From Shigella phage SHSML-45: 64,000 bases of DNA. Positions 44,867-54,622 of the stretch are shown one piece after another. The stretch is taken from the sequence record KX130863; one strand, given 5' to 3'. The notes beneath the pieces are model-generated. The model did not search any database, was not told where the DNA came from, and saw only the letters and a program-made list of their open reading frames with translations. The translations under genes and the position numbers were made by a program. Position 1 is the stretch's first letter, and each line of letters begins with the position of its first letter.

Positions 44867-46679
44867 ATTAATTGAGAATTGCAAAGGTCTGCTCACTCTA
44901 ACTGCGGATAAGGACTTACAGCATAATAATGCTAATAAGCCTAGTGAGATGTTCCATACTCAAAGAGACTTATTGGCCGGAGAAATCAACAAATATTTAG
45001 TATCGCAGGAATTACCCAAACATCTATTAGACGCCCATAATCTAGGTAAGATACACATTCATGATATGGATTACAGGGCGCAGGGGTACACTAACTGTTG
45101 CTTAGTAGACCTTGGTGGCATGCTGAAGAATGGTACTAAAATTGGTAATGCAAATATTGAAACTCCTAAATCCATAACTACTGCATGTGCAATCACTGCT
45201 CAGATTATTGCCCAAGTATCTGGTGCTCAGTATGGTGGCACCTCTATTGATCGTATCGACGAGGTTCTAGCCCCGTATGTCAGAAAGTCTTACAATAAAC
45301 ATCTGGGTCGTGGGCTACGTTGGCTCAAGGATGAAAGAAAAGCTGCTGTGTATGCTACTGAGCTTACTGAAAAAGAGTGTTATGATGCATTCCAAGCTCT
45401 AGAGTATGAAACTAATTCATTATTTAACTCTAATGGGCAGACCCCTTTTGTTACGCATGGCTTTGGATTAGGTCAGGAGTGGGAGGAAAGGATGATTCAG
45501 AAAGCCATCCTCCAAAATCGTATTAAAGGTTTAGGTGCTGCTGAGTCAACCCCTATCTTCCCTAAACTAGTATTCTCAGTTAAAGAAGGGTTAAATAAAA
45601 ATCCAGGCGATCCTAACTACGATATAAAACAGCTAGCACTTGAGTGTTCTGCTACCCGTATGTACCCAGACTATTTAAGCTATGAGAAAGTTGTAGCTGT
45701 TACTGGTGATTTTAAAGCCCCTATGGGTTGTCGTAGCTTTTTATCTGCTATCCCCTCCGGAGAAATTGCAGGGCGCAATAATTTAGGTGTAGTGTCTATT
45801 AATCTACCTATGGTTGCTGCTGAGGCAGATGGGGTTTTTGAAGATTTCTGGGATATTCTGGACAAATATGTGGATGAGGCTTTTGAAGCTCATGATTTTT
45901 TCTTGGATAGACTTAAGAAAGTGAAGGCTAAACAAGCCCCTATTCTTTATATGCACGGTGGTTTTGGTGTGCGTTTAGATGGGGAAGAGTATGTATGGCC
46001 TATTTTTGAGGGTAGATCTTCTGTATCTCTTGGATACATTGGGGTCTATGAGATGTGCCAAATAATGTTTAGTCTACCACAAACCCATAGGGATTGTATT
46101 GAATTTACAGAAGAAGTTCTTACTCACCTAAAAAATCGTTGCGAAGTTAAAGCTAATGAGACTAATCTTGGATTTAGCTTATACGCTACCCCTAGTGAGT
46201 CTCTATGTAATCGTTTTAATAAATTACTAGAACGTAGATTCCCAGAGTATTCTTGGTTAACAGACAAAGGCTATCTTACTAATAGTCACCATTTGGACGT
46301 AAGAGAGAAGGTAGCCCCAGATACTAAATTTGAGTACGAAGCTCATTTTACCAAAATAGCTAATGGTGGTAATATATCGTTTGTGGAATTACCACAAATG
46401 AAAAAATTCCATAAAGCTCTTGAATACGTAGTAGATAAGGGACTAGAGTGTAGCCATTATATCGGTGTTAATATACCGATTGACGAGTGTTTCAACTGTG
46501 GATATATGGGTGAATCTATTGCCTCTGAGCGTGGGTTTGTATGTCCAAGTTGTGGGTCTGAAGAAATAGAGGTTACACGTAGGGTTTGCGGGTACCTGGG
46601 ATCCCCGGGCAGTAGGCCTTTCAATTCTGGGAAACAAAAAGAAGTGCTTGGTAGAGTAAAACACTTAAATCTTAAGTAA
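44853..46679 (+). CDS. nrdD: anaerobic ribonucleoside-triphosphate reductase (class III)
   Basis: C-terminal zinc ribbon CFNCG..CPSCG and glycyl-radical motif RVCGYLG; 608 aa. Confidence 0.85.
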   Translation: MTENELIENCKGLLTLTADKDLQHNNANKPSEMFHTQRDLLAGEINKYLVSQELPKHLLDAHNLGKIHIHDMDYRAQGYTNCCLVDLGGMLKNGTKIGNANIETPKSITTACAITAQIIAQVSGAQYGGTSIDRIDEVLAPYVRKSYNKHLGRGLRWLKDERKAAVYATELTEKECYDAFQALEYETNSLFNSNGQTPFVTHGFGLGQEWEERMIQKAILQNRIKGLGAAESTPIFPKLVFSVKEGLNKNPGDPNYDIKQLALECSATRMYPDYLSYEKVVAVTGDFKAPMGCRSFLSAIPSGEIAGRNNLGVVSINLPMVAAEADGVFEDFWDILDKYVDEAFEAHDFFLDRLKKVKAKQAPILYMHGGFGVRLDGEEYVWPIFEGRSSVSLGYIGVYEMCQIMFSLPQTHRDCIEFTEEVLTHLKNRCEVKANETNLGFSLYATPSESLCNRFNKLLERRFPEYSWLTDKGYLTNSHHLDVREKVAPDTKFEYEAHFTKIANGGNISFVELPQMKKFHKALEYVVDKGLECSHYIGVNIPIDECFNCGYMGESIASERGFVCPSCGSEEIEVTRRVCGYLGSPGSRPFNSGKQKEVLGRVKHLNLK

Positions 46680-46686
46680 GCTAATC

Positions 46687-46720
46687 AGCCAGGTTGCTAG
46701 TCGACCTGGCTTTTATTTTA
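46687..46720 (+). terminator. intrinsic terminator after nrdD
   Basis: AGCCAGGT-loop-ACCTGGCT stem followed by TTTTATTTTATTT. Confidence 0.7.
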
Positions 46721-46721
46721 T

Positions 46722-46750
46722 TTGCTTTCAGCTAAAAATATATGTATAAT
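46722..46750 (+). promoter_or_regulatory. sigma70-type early promoter (TTGCTT-N17-TATAAT)
   Basis: Consensus hexamers; leader AGATTTATAAATTTGAGAGGAG before ATG at 46779. Confidence 0.6.
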
Positions 46751-46778
46751 AGATTTATAAATTTGAGAGGAGAAAGCT

Positions 46779-47060
46779 ATGAGAGAGTTGCTTCCTAAAG
46801 TAGATGTCTCCCATCTTGGAGAGCCTAGTGAAGAACGTAAGGCTCTAGATTGGTTGGGTGGATTTGATTATCGTCGTGTTGTTGCAACATGGAATGATAA
46901 GAAAGTTAAGAAGTTTCGGGTACATTATGTAGGTAAAGACAAGTGGCTCTGGATTGATTATGAAGAATCGAAGGGGTCTACTAAGGCTGTGAAAATTTAT
47001 TGTATGTATGGGTATTATTATGCTCACTGTGACAAGAATGAATTTACAGTACAGAACTAA
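46779..47060 (+). CDS. hypothetical protein (93 aa)
   Basis: ORF behind promoter and leader. Confidence 0.55.
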   Translation: MRELLPKVDVSHLGEPSEERKALDWLGGFDYRRVVATWNDKKVKKFRVHYVGKDKWLWIDYEESKGSTKAVKIYCMYGYYYAHCDKNEFTVQN

Positions 47061-47069
47061 GGAACAAGA

Positions 47070-47273
47070 ATGAAAAACGTAAAACACCTTAAATATCGCT
47101 TAATTTACAACGGACGTATGGAAACAGAAGACCTAGCTCAATTAGCTATTAATTCTAATGAGGTCACGGTACGTGCGTTAGCTATTGAAAAGTTGCGGGC
47201 TTCTTATGAAAGTCGTATTATGGAACTAGAGGAGAAACTTTATGGCATTCTCGAAGCCGATGCTACCAGATAA
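47070..47273 (+). CDS. hypothetical protein (67 aa)
   Basis: ORF. Confidence 0.45.
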   Translation: MKNVKHLKYRLIYNGRMETEDLAQLAINSNEVTVRALAIEKLRASYESRIMELEEKLYGILEADATR

Positions 47274-47631
47274 GGGTTTAAACGCCGCTTTGGAAAACGC
47301 ATTAATGCAGCACTGGTTCTCTGTCAGGAATGAGATGGAGAACGTTCAGATTATGACCGGATTAGATCTTATCGATCGTTTTCTTGGTACAACGGATTTT
47401 ACTGGTGGTGGGCTATCTAGGGGTAATTCTGTTCTTCGCTTCGTTGAAAAGCATAAGCTCAAACATTGGTGTGTGCTGGATGATGCTGGTGCTATGATGT
47501 ATCAGTACCCAACGGTTATAGTCAACGGTAGAACTGGAATAAATCTTCAAGATTTAAGAGCTGTTAGCTATATGCTAGAATTTAGCCCAGATCTTGAAAT
47601 GTGTAAATCCTTACAACAATTTAAGGTGTAA
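47242..47631 (+). CDS. hypothetical protein (129 aa)
   Basis: ORF. Confidence 0.5.
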   Translation: MAFSKPMLPDKGLNAALENALMQHWFSVRNEMENVQIMTGLDLIDRFLGTTDFTGGGLSRGNSVLRFVEKHKLKHWCVLDDAGAMMYQYPTVIVNGRTGINLQDLRAVSYMLEFSPDLEMCKSLQQFKV

Positions 47632-47633
47632 AT

Positions 47634-48062
47634 ATGTTCAATAATGTATTCTCTAAAGAAGCTAACCCAATTTTGGTTAACTTTTGGCGTACTCTCCCGG
47701 CTAGCCTGTATAATGAGGCTATTAATGCTCTGAAAATATGGTGTGAAAATAATGAAATCTCCTTTGCTTTTAAAGATGATATTGATGAGGCCCCCTGTAT
47801 TGGTTTAGTTGTGCAGGTAGAGGATGGTCTTGAAGAGATTGTGGGCTGGAAAGAGTTGGATGAAATGGGGTTGGTTTTTGCATTAAACTATAAGCTATTT
47901 ATGCCCAATAAACACCGTATTGTTGTTAATTATAAAACCAGTGAATCTCCTGGTTTTCAAGTTAATGAACACTACGGTTGGTCTTACTCACCGGAAGAAG
48001 TAAATGATGGTATCCAAAAACTTCGTCGTTTTGGTTATCAAATTCCCGGTTTAACTGCCTAA
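47634..48062 (+). CDS. hypothetical protein, tandem paralog 1
   Basis: Shares ..PC(I/V)..MGL(V/I)(F/V)ALN(Y/F)(K/S)LF(M/H)P..IPGL.. with the next ORF. Confidence 0.55.
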   Translation: MFNNVFSKEANPILVNFWRTLPASLYNEAINALKIWCENNEISFAFKDDIDEAPCIGLVVQVEDGLEEIVGWKELDEMGLVFALNYKLFMPNKHRIVVNYKTSESPGFQVNEHYGWSYSPEEVNDGIQKLRRFGYQIPGLTA

Positions 48063-48071
48063 GGGGACACA

Positions 48072-48464
48072 ATGGAACAAGTATATTGGCGTCAGATTGA
48101 TCCTAGTTTGGTGAATCGTGCGGAGAAGCTGCTACAACGTTGGTTGGGGGTAAGACAAGCCTCCTTCACTTTTCCAGAGCAGCAAATAGATGATCCCTGT
48201 GTTGATGTTTTCCTATCAGGCTACGCTAGGGAATGGGAATTGGATTGGAATGAGTTGTCTGCTATGGGTTTAATTGTTGCCCTAAATTTCTCTTTGTTCC
48301 ATCCACGTGGTTTGGCCATATGTCGTGTGCCTGATGACGGTTGTTCGCCCCATCTTTTACAGGTGGAAGATGATATTTGGGAGTACACTCCAGATATTCT
48401 CAAAGAAGCCAAAGAACAATTAAACCGTGTTGGAATTTATATTCCAGGCCTGAATGATGAATGA
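48072..48464 (+). CDS. hypothetical protein, tandem paralog 2
   Basis: Paralog of 47634..48062. Confidence 0.55.
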   Translation: MEQVYWRQIDPSLVNRAEKLLQRWLGVRQASFTFPEQQIDDPCVDVFLSGYAREWELDWNELSAMGLIVALNFSLFHPRGLAICRVPDDGCSPHLLQVEDDIWEYTPDILKEAKEQLNRVGIYIPGLNDE

Positions 48465-48603
48465 TTTTTATTAGCTGAAATTTGTAATCCGGGCTATTAG
48501 TGCTCGGATTATTACATAATCTTTCCAGTCGATTGACAGTCAAAATAAAATGTCGTTGACAATTTGGATGGATTATGTAATAATATATGTATTGGAGGTG
48601 AGG

Positions 48604-49056
48604 ATGTCATTCACACAGCAAGAACTTTTAGATAACTTCCGATATGAAGATGGTAAGTTATTTAGAACTACAGGAAGAAATGCAGGGAAAGAATGTTGTG
48701 TTTCTACGGGTAACGGATATTATCGTATATCTCTAGGGAATAGGACTATGCTTCGGCATAGAGCAATATTTTTAATGCATCATGGATACTTACCTGATTT
48801 AGTAGATCATGTGAATACTATAAAAGGTGATGATCGTATTGAAAATCTTAGAGAGCAGACAGTGTCCGGTAATCTAAGAAATATCAAATATAAGAAAGGA
48901 ATGCATGTTTACCCTTCTGGTAGTAAGAACTGGCAAGTAGTATTTACTATTAACCGTAAACGTATAGTTAAAGGAACATATGACAACTATGAGGTTGCAT
49001 GTTCTATGGCCAAGATGTTTAGAGGTCAATTATACGGTAGGGAATCAATCCAGTAA
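48604..49056 (+). CDS. HNH homing endonuclease (start at Met with GGAGGTGAGG RBS)
   Basis: HRAIFLMHHGYLPDLVDHVNTIKGDDRIENLRE motif. Confidence 0.75.
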   Translation: MSFTQQELLDNFRYEDGKLFRTTGRNAGKECCVSTGNGYYRISLGNRTMLRHRAIFLMHHGYLPDLVDHVNTIKGDDRIENLREQTVSGNLRNIKYKKGMHVYPSGSKNWQVVFTINRKRIVKGTYDNYEVACSMAKMFRGQLYGRESIQ

Positions 49057-49064
49057 AATTTCAT

Positions 49065-49094
49065 TTGCAAGGGAGTATTATTTTATAGTATAAT
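49065..49094 (+). promoter_or_regulatory. promoter plus leader unit, copy 1
   Basis: TTGCAA-N18-TATAAT followed by the 40-nt leader TGAGAGACATTAGTAAAAATTGATTTTGCTAATTTTTCT. Confidence 0.5.
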
Positions 49095-49186
49095 ATTCCC
49101 ATAAATGAGAGACATTAGTAAAAATTGATTTTGCTAATTTTTCTCTATGTTCAAAGACACTGGTAGCAGCCCCGGGAAAAATTTAC

Positions 49187-49215
49187 TTGCATGATGCCCA
49201 AAATCTTGATATAAT
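49187..49215 (+). promoter_or_regulatory. promoter plus leader unit, copy 2
   Basis: TTGCAT-N17-TATAAT followed by the identical 40-nt leader. Confidence 0.5.
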
Positions 49216-49712
49216 ATTTATATTGAATTGAGAGACATTAGTAAAAATTGATTTTGCTAATTTTTCTTGTTTACAATCCGCGATACGGAACAGTTAGGCT
49301 GCCCCATTAAGGGTTGTTTTAACTATTACTAGTGTTTATATTGCATTAGTTAATCTTCAATTAAGTGATCTGTGTACCCTGAATTCGGAAAGGTAAATCC
49401 AAACCGTGCATGTTTAGCTCGTTATATAGGCAGAGCTTTATATGGGGGTGCGAACGAAAAGAGCAGCGAATGGCGGCACGTACAGTAGTCACCTACCAAT
49501 AGGATAGTGAGGACAAATAGAATCGGCTTAGCGGCCAATGACCTAGGTTCTATTCTGTATAAGAGCGAAGAGAGCACAGCACTGAGATATGATAACTTAT
49601 TCATATTGTTTGATGATAATTGATGTTTACGTAAATAGTAGTAATAGTTGTTCTATTCTTTCTGAATAGTCCTAAAGAAAACTTATTTCATTTCCAACAC
49701 AGGAGTATTGTT

Positions 49713-52502
49713 GTGTTTTCAATCCTACAAGGTCATGCAGGATTTCATCGCGATTTAGCCACAGGCAATTGGCGAGAAATCAAAGCGGAAGATTATACCT
49801 TTGCCAAGCGATTCTCGAAAGAGCATCCAGAAGGTAAACCAGCTTCTATGCCCTTCAAATTTGATGTAATAGAAGAGCACGACCCACAAAGCCTGGCCGA
49901 AATGTTACCCCTTATGAGACGTTTAACGTCTGACCCTCATATCGTTGCGGTACGAGGTCGATGTCTTGCACCTAAAAATAATGTGCGGCGTAAGAAAGGT
50001 AACTTTAATGTATCTAATCCTAGTAATATTATTGCTATGGACGTGGATGGTATCCTAGATACCGGTGGGTACGACAAATTTAATCTTGTTGGTATGGCCC
50101 GCCACATTATTAAGATGTTGAATAGTATTAGTGAGGATATGTTTCCTCTTAATGCAGGCTTTATAGCTCATGCATCGTCTTCGGCTGGGCTAAAACCAGG
50201 TATCCGAATGCACTTAATGCTAGAATCTAACGTCAAGGTAACTCAGGGTCAGCTAAAGTTCTTATTTACATCTATCAACGATAGTAGTAAGCAAAAATTT
50301 GGTTTTGATATTGCCGACCTAGCTTATTATTCATCTGTCCAGCTCCACTATTTTGCCGACCCCTTATTTAGCGATGGTATTGTTGATCCGTTTAAAGCGG
50401 AGAGTAAGCCACGTCTGGTGTATGTTAAAGGTTCGAAAGTAAATTTGCCCAATAATCTGGTTGACTATGAAACAACTAGAGGGGAGTTTAAGGAAGAGTT
50501 TTATTCTTTACTTGATCAAATTAAAGGCAAAAAGATTGCTTCTGATAAAGTAGAAGAAACCATCAGCGAGTTAGAAGAAGCTGATGATGGAGTGTATTTG
50601 CGTATTATCCCCAAACTATACCATAGGGCATTAGAGGATGGTGTTGATTTTGCATGGCTAGAACGTGAGATTAAACCAGCTTTATCTGAATATATTGCAA
50701 CTAAAGATAACAGTCGTAACATTCAAGATTACTTTAATAACGGTCGTAAGCAGGCTCTCAAAGCGTTTGTTAATAATTCTAAACGTGAGATTCCATTAAA
50801 TCTGAAAGGTGTTCCACTTAAGAAATTAGAAGTGGATTCTCCACCAGAAGTTCCATACCTGAAGATTAACATTGTGCCACCAAAAGGCCATATAACATTT
50901 GTTAAGGCAAGTCTTGGTACTGGTAAAACTACGGCAGTAACTAAATGGCTGGACGCAGGTGTTCTTCCGGGCAACTTTTTAGCAGTTACAAATACTAGAG
51001 CACTGGTATCTTCAAATGCCAAGAAATTTAGTGCAGGACAATACGATAAGTCTGTAGATATGCTCAACTTTAAACGTGGAGCTATTGATCGTATGTCCAC
51101 AACTATTCACTCTTTGCATAAGTTCAAAAGTTTTATTGGTCAAATAGACACCATTTTTATTGACGAATGTGACGCTGTAATGAATGATCTATTATTCGCC
51201 CCTGTTGTTAAACAACGCCGCGAGTGTATTCAAGTTCTACGTGACATCCTCATGACAGCTAAGACTGTAATTTTATCCGATGGTGATATTAGTGCTGAGA
51301 CGATTGAAGCATATGGTTCTCTAATTGATTTTGATAAACCAGTAGCATTTTATAATCATCACCGTAAAATGCTGTCAAAAGCTCATGCTTATGAATTCCC
51401 TGACGAATCCAGTATTTGGGTTGCACTTCAGACTTCTCTAGAGATGGGTGAGAAATCTATTCTAGTATCTGATTGTGGCCCAGATGAGCTGAATGAGAAA
51501 GGTATGGCATTACGTCGTAATACTGGTGCGTTAGTTAAAGAAATCCATTCAAACTCCACTTCAGATGTGGATATTCGACGTATTCTGGATTACACGACTA
51601 ATGAGCTAATTGATCAACAAATTGATTGCTTATTATGTAGTCCATCCGTAACGAGTGGTGTTGACTTCAATTACTTTGATAACGTATTTGTTATTACTAG
51701 AACTAGTAATCAAGCGCCAAACATGCGTTTTCAAGCAATCAGGCGCGACCGTGGTGCTCAGAATATCTATTATTTTATTGATAAATCCACTAGTGGGTTC
51801 TCCGCAGGTTCTGAACAATATAATATTGATGAAGGTTGGCTGGAGTTAGCACAGCAATTATATGCACGTCGTAGGGAATTAGAATCTAGGAACTATACTA
51901 GTACCTTACGTTATTACTTGCTTGATCAGGGTGCAACTATTGATATTTTCAGTGAAAGCTGGGGAACTATTGAAGGTGCTGGTAAAGAGTACACAGAAGA
52001 GCGAATAAAAGCTATTCTGCACTCAACTCCTGATTATTGTGCTCCACGTCATGCGGATGCGTATGAAGCTAAACTACTTCTTGTTCGCTATTATCATCTT
52101 GAGTCTATTAAAGATGTAACAGTTGAGCATGTTGAACAATATATCAAAGATAAACCGAATGATCGAGCTGCATTCTTCCATAAGATGCACGAGATGTTCT
52201 GGGAAGATATTAAGAAGTGTTCAAACGTCACTATCAAACCATTCATAGAAGCTCTGAAAGGTAAGAAGAAAGATTTCTTCCTTAAAACAGGTCAGAGTGC
52301 TAATCCAAAATATGCTAGAATGTATCTTGGTATGATGGGTATTGGTAAGGATATGAACACTGAAAATATCGTAGACTGGTATAGAACCTACTGCAAAATC
52401 GAATGTATGCCGATTCCTTATAAGTTTATGACTGATGAGGAGAAACATATGCATGATGAAGCAATGTCAGAGCTAGGTGCTAGAAATGACAGTGAAGAAT
52501 AA
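49713..52502 (+). CDS. large P-loop NTPase / helicase-like replication protein (possible origin-binding or primase-helicase)
   Basis: GTG start with AGGAG RBS; Walker A SLGTGKTT, Walker B IFIDECD; N-terminal IAMDVDG segment. Confidence 0.65.
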   Translation: MFSILQGHAGFHRDLATGNWREIKAEDYTFAKRFSKEHPEGKPASMPFKFDVIEEHDPQSLAEMLPLMRRLTSDPHIVAVRGRCLAPKNNVRRKKGNFNVSNPSNIIAMDVDGILDTGGYDKFNLVGMARHIIKMLNSISEDMFPLNAGFIAHASSSAGLKPGIRMHLMLESNVKVTQGQLKFLFTSINDSSKQKFGFDIADLAYYSSVQLHYFADPLFSDGIVDPFKAESKPRLVYVKGSKVNLPNNLVDYETTRGEFKEEFYSLLDQIKGKKIASDKVEETISELEEADDGVYLRIIPKLYHRALEDGVDFAWLEREIKPALSEYIATKDNSRNIQDYFNNGRKQALKAFVNNSKREIPLNLKGVPLKKLEVDSPPEVPYLKINIVPPKGHITFVKASLGTGKTTAVTKWLDAGVLPGNFLAVTNTRALVSSNAKKFSAGQYDKSVDMLNFKRGAIDRMSTTIHSLHKFKSFIGQIDTIFIDECDAVMNDLLFAPVVKQRRECIQVLRDILMTAKTVILSDGDISAETIEAYGSLIDFDKPVAFYNHHRKMLSKAHAYEFPDESSIWVALQTSLEMGEKSILVSDCGPDELNEKGMALRRNTGALVKEIHSNSTSDVDIRRILDYTTNELIDQQIDCLLCSPSVTSGVDFNYFDNVFVITRTSNQAPNMRFQAIRRDRGAQNIYYFIDKSTSGFSAGSEQYNIDEGWLELAQQLYARRRELESRNYTSTLRYYLLDQGATIDIFSESWGTIEGAGKEYTEERIKAILHSTPDYCAPRHADAYEAKLLLVRYYHLESIKDVTVEHVEQYIKDKPNDRAAFFHKMHEMFWEDIKKCSNVTIKPFIEALKGKKKDFFLKTGQSANPKYARMYLGMMGIGKDMNTENIVDWYRTYCKIECMPIPYKFMTDEEKHMHDEAMSELGARNDSEE

Positions 52503-52719
52503 AAAATGGGAAACAAGGAAGTTTCCAGTAAAAGAACGTAAAGTTCCTGTTTATGATACTTCGGAAAAGCTATGTAGGGTGGTTCCTGCTAGACTAGCTG
52601 GTATCCCTAACATATCCGAGTGGTTACTTAAACAACGGAGGACTAACGTATCCCTTCGCATAGGGTTTGAGTTAGATAAAGTATATGCTGAGCTTTCTTC
52701 TTTGCTCAAAGAATCATAA
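52477..52719 (+). CDS. hypothetical protein (80 aa)
   Basis: ORF overlapping the upstream stop. Confidence 0.4.
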   Translation: MLEMTVKNKKWETRKFPVKERKVPVYDTSEKLCRVVPARLAGIPNISEWLLKQRRTNVSLRIGFELDKVYAELSSLLKES

Positions 52720-52728
52720 AAAATTTAT

Positions 52729-52757
52729 TTGCTTTCAGGAAAAATTTTCTGTATAAT
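52729..52757 (+). promoter_or_regulatory. sigma70-type early promoter (TTGCTT-N17-TATAAT)
   Basis: Consensus hexamers; leader AGATTCATAAATTTGAGAGAGGAG. Confidence 0.6.
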
Positions 52758-52788
52758 AGATTCATAAATTTGAGAGAGGAGTTTAAAT

Positions 52789-53493
52789 ATGGCTGGTTCT
52801 CGCAGAAAGAAACATATCCATGAAATCCCGGATGAAGTCTTTAAAAAAGTTATAGAGCATCTGGAAAACGGTGGTACTAAGAAAGCAGCATGCGAAATGC
52901 TCGGCGTATCATCCAACCCAACTATGGAAAGGATGATAGAAGAGTGGCAAGACCGTCAGATCCAAGTTGCCGAGATGAAGAAAAAGAAACGTGGTACACT
53001 CATTGAAGGTATTGAGTTGGCCAACGTTATTGAACAGTATCTATCTGGTGATTCTTTTGAAGAGATTGCCGATCGTAATTACCGCTCCGTAGCAATGGTT
53101 AAATCTGTTCTGGAACGCTATGGTGCTCTGCTTCGTTTGAACGATATTGTAGATCCATTGAATCCACCAATTATTCCTGATGATGCTGTAGCAGAAGAAT
53201 TTGAGGTAGGTGAGCTTGTTTGGGTTCCTGGATACCAGTGTATCGGTGAAATCAAAAAAGCAATGGATAACCCTGTTGGTTGTTACCGTGTATGGCTTCT
53301 ATCGGAAGGCAAACAACAGAACGTTCATTATATGAATTATGAGTTGGCTTCTGTTAAACACCTGGAAAAGTTAGGGGTAGACGTAAAATCTCTGGGGTAC
53401 AAGTGGACTCGTGAAGAAGTTATTACGTTGATTAACGAAGCTGTTAAGGCTGCCCTGAAACTTGATAAAGAAAAAGGAAAACGCCGTGAGTAG
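52789..53493 (+). CDS. helix-turn-helix DNA-binding protein
   Basis: N-terminal HTH-like segment TKKAACEMLGVSSNPTMERMI. Confidence 0.55.
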   Translation: MAGSRRKKHIHEIPDEVFKKVIEHLENGGTKKAACEMLGVSSNPTMERMIEEWQDRQIQVAEMKKKKRGTLIEGIELANVIEQYLSGDSFEEIADRNYRSVAMVKSVLERYGALLRLNDIVDPLNPPIIPDDAVAEEFEVGELVWVPGYQCIGEIKKAMDNPVGCYRVWLLSEGKQQNVHYMNYELASVKHLEKLGVDVKSLGYKWTREEVITLINEAVKAALKLDKEKGKRRE

Positions 53494-53722
53494 ACTAACT
53501 GATTTACTTAAAGATGGAGATGTAAAATATCTCCAGCGGGATAGCTGGGAAAATAATAAAGAGTATACTGTATTATTGAAATTTGACGTATACAGCAATA
53601 CTGTACGCCAATACGTGTGGATGCCTTCAGATACTACGCTGCTGCCTAGTGATGAAGAGGTTGAATTAACACTAGACGAAGCTCTAGCGGATGATTGGGA
53701 GATTGTTGAGCTAGATGTGTAG
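53462..53722 (+). CDS. hypothetical protein (start uncertain)
   Basis: ORF overlapping the upstream gene end. Confidence 0.4.
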   Translation: MIKKKENAVSRLTDLLKDGDVKYLQRDSWENNKEYTVLLKFDVYSNTVRQYVWMPSDTTLLPSDEEVELTLDEALADDWEIVELDV

Positions 53723-53742
53723 CAATTACCGAAAAATTTCAG

Positions 53743-53771
53743 TTGCTTAATCCTACAATTCTTGATATAAT
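53743..53771 (+). promoter_or_regulatory. sigma70-type early promoter (TTGCTT-N17-TATAAT)
   Basis: Consensus hexamers. Confidence 0.55.
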
Positions 53772-53828
53772 ATTCTCATAGTTTGAAAGAACTATTCTGT
53801 TTAATTCTTAATTAAGGAAATATAAAAT

Positions 53829-54239
53829 ATGACTACTCCAACTCAGTGGACTGATGAACTGTTCGAAAAAATGTCTTCCGAATACGTTGCTCGTATGGAG
53901 CAATTCCCAGAGGATGAACGTCCGGGTGTTAGCATGGAAATTGTTAGCGAAATTGCCCAGGAAAATGGTGTAACTCCGAACGGTTTTCGTATGAAGCTGA
54001 CTAAAGCAGGTTTGTATATCAAGAAAGCTGCTGGCTCTGCTTCTAAATCTAGCGCATCTACTGGAGAAAAAGCTTCTGGTGGTTCTCGTACTTCCAAAGC
54101 CCAAGCTCATGCCGATCTTCGTTCAGCATTCTCTGATGCTGGCCTAGCACCAGATTTTCTGGATGATGCAATTATCGACAAACTGACCGGTAAAGCAGCT
54201 GCTCATCTGGCAGAAGCAATCCGAGCTATCACTAAGTAA
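53829..54239 (+). CDS. hypothetical protein (136 aa)
   Basis: ORF with AAGGAAA RBS. Confidence 0.6.
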   Translation: MTTPTQWTDELFEKMSSEYVARMEQFPEDERPGVSMEIVSEIAQENGVTPNGFRMKLTKAGLYIKKAAGSASKSSASTGEKASGGSRTSKAQAHADLRSAFSDAGLAPDFLDDAIIDKLTGKAAAHLAEAIRAITK

Positions 54240-54275
54240 TTCTTAGATAAATCCACCAACACAAGGAATACAGTT

Positions 54276-54572
54276 ATGACCAAAGCTGAAATTATCGCAC
54301 AATGTGAAAAATTTGGTGAGTTTTATCTTCATTACGAGAAACTTCGTCAGAAAGGAACCACGTACCTTCAGGGTACAATGGAATTTGATCCAGCCCAAGA
54401 TAAATATCTGGCTGAGCGTATTAAACGTGAACGTATTCGTAAAGCGAAAGATGATGAAATCCTTGTCTTCTCTCGTACTAATGATAGCTTCCGTTTCATT
54501 CCTGTTGCGAAAGTTCGCCGTGTGACGAGCCTCCAGTCAGAGTTAGATCGTGCTTCTCCAGTAGGCCGATAA
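54276..54572 (+). CDS. hypothetical protein (98 aa)
   Basis: ORF. Confidence 0.55.
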   Translation: MTKAEIIAQCEKFGEFYLHYEKLRQKGTTYLQGTMEFDPAQDKYLAERIKRERIRKAKDDEILVFSRTNDSFRFIPVAKVRRVTSLQSELDRASPVGR

Positions 54573-54622
54573 GAAACCAATTAGCCCCTATATGGGGCTT
54601 TTTGTGTATTTGGGATATGTAA

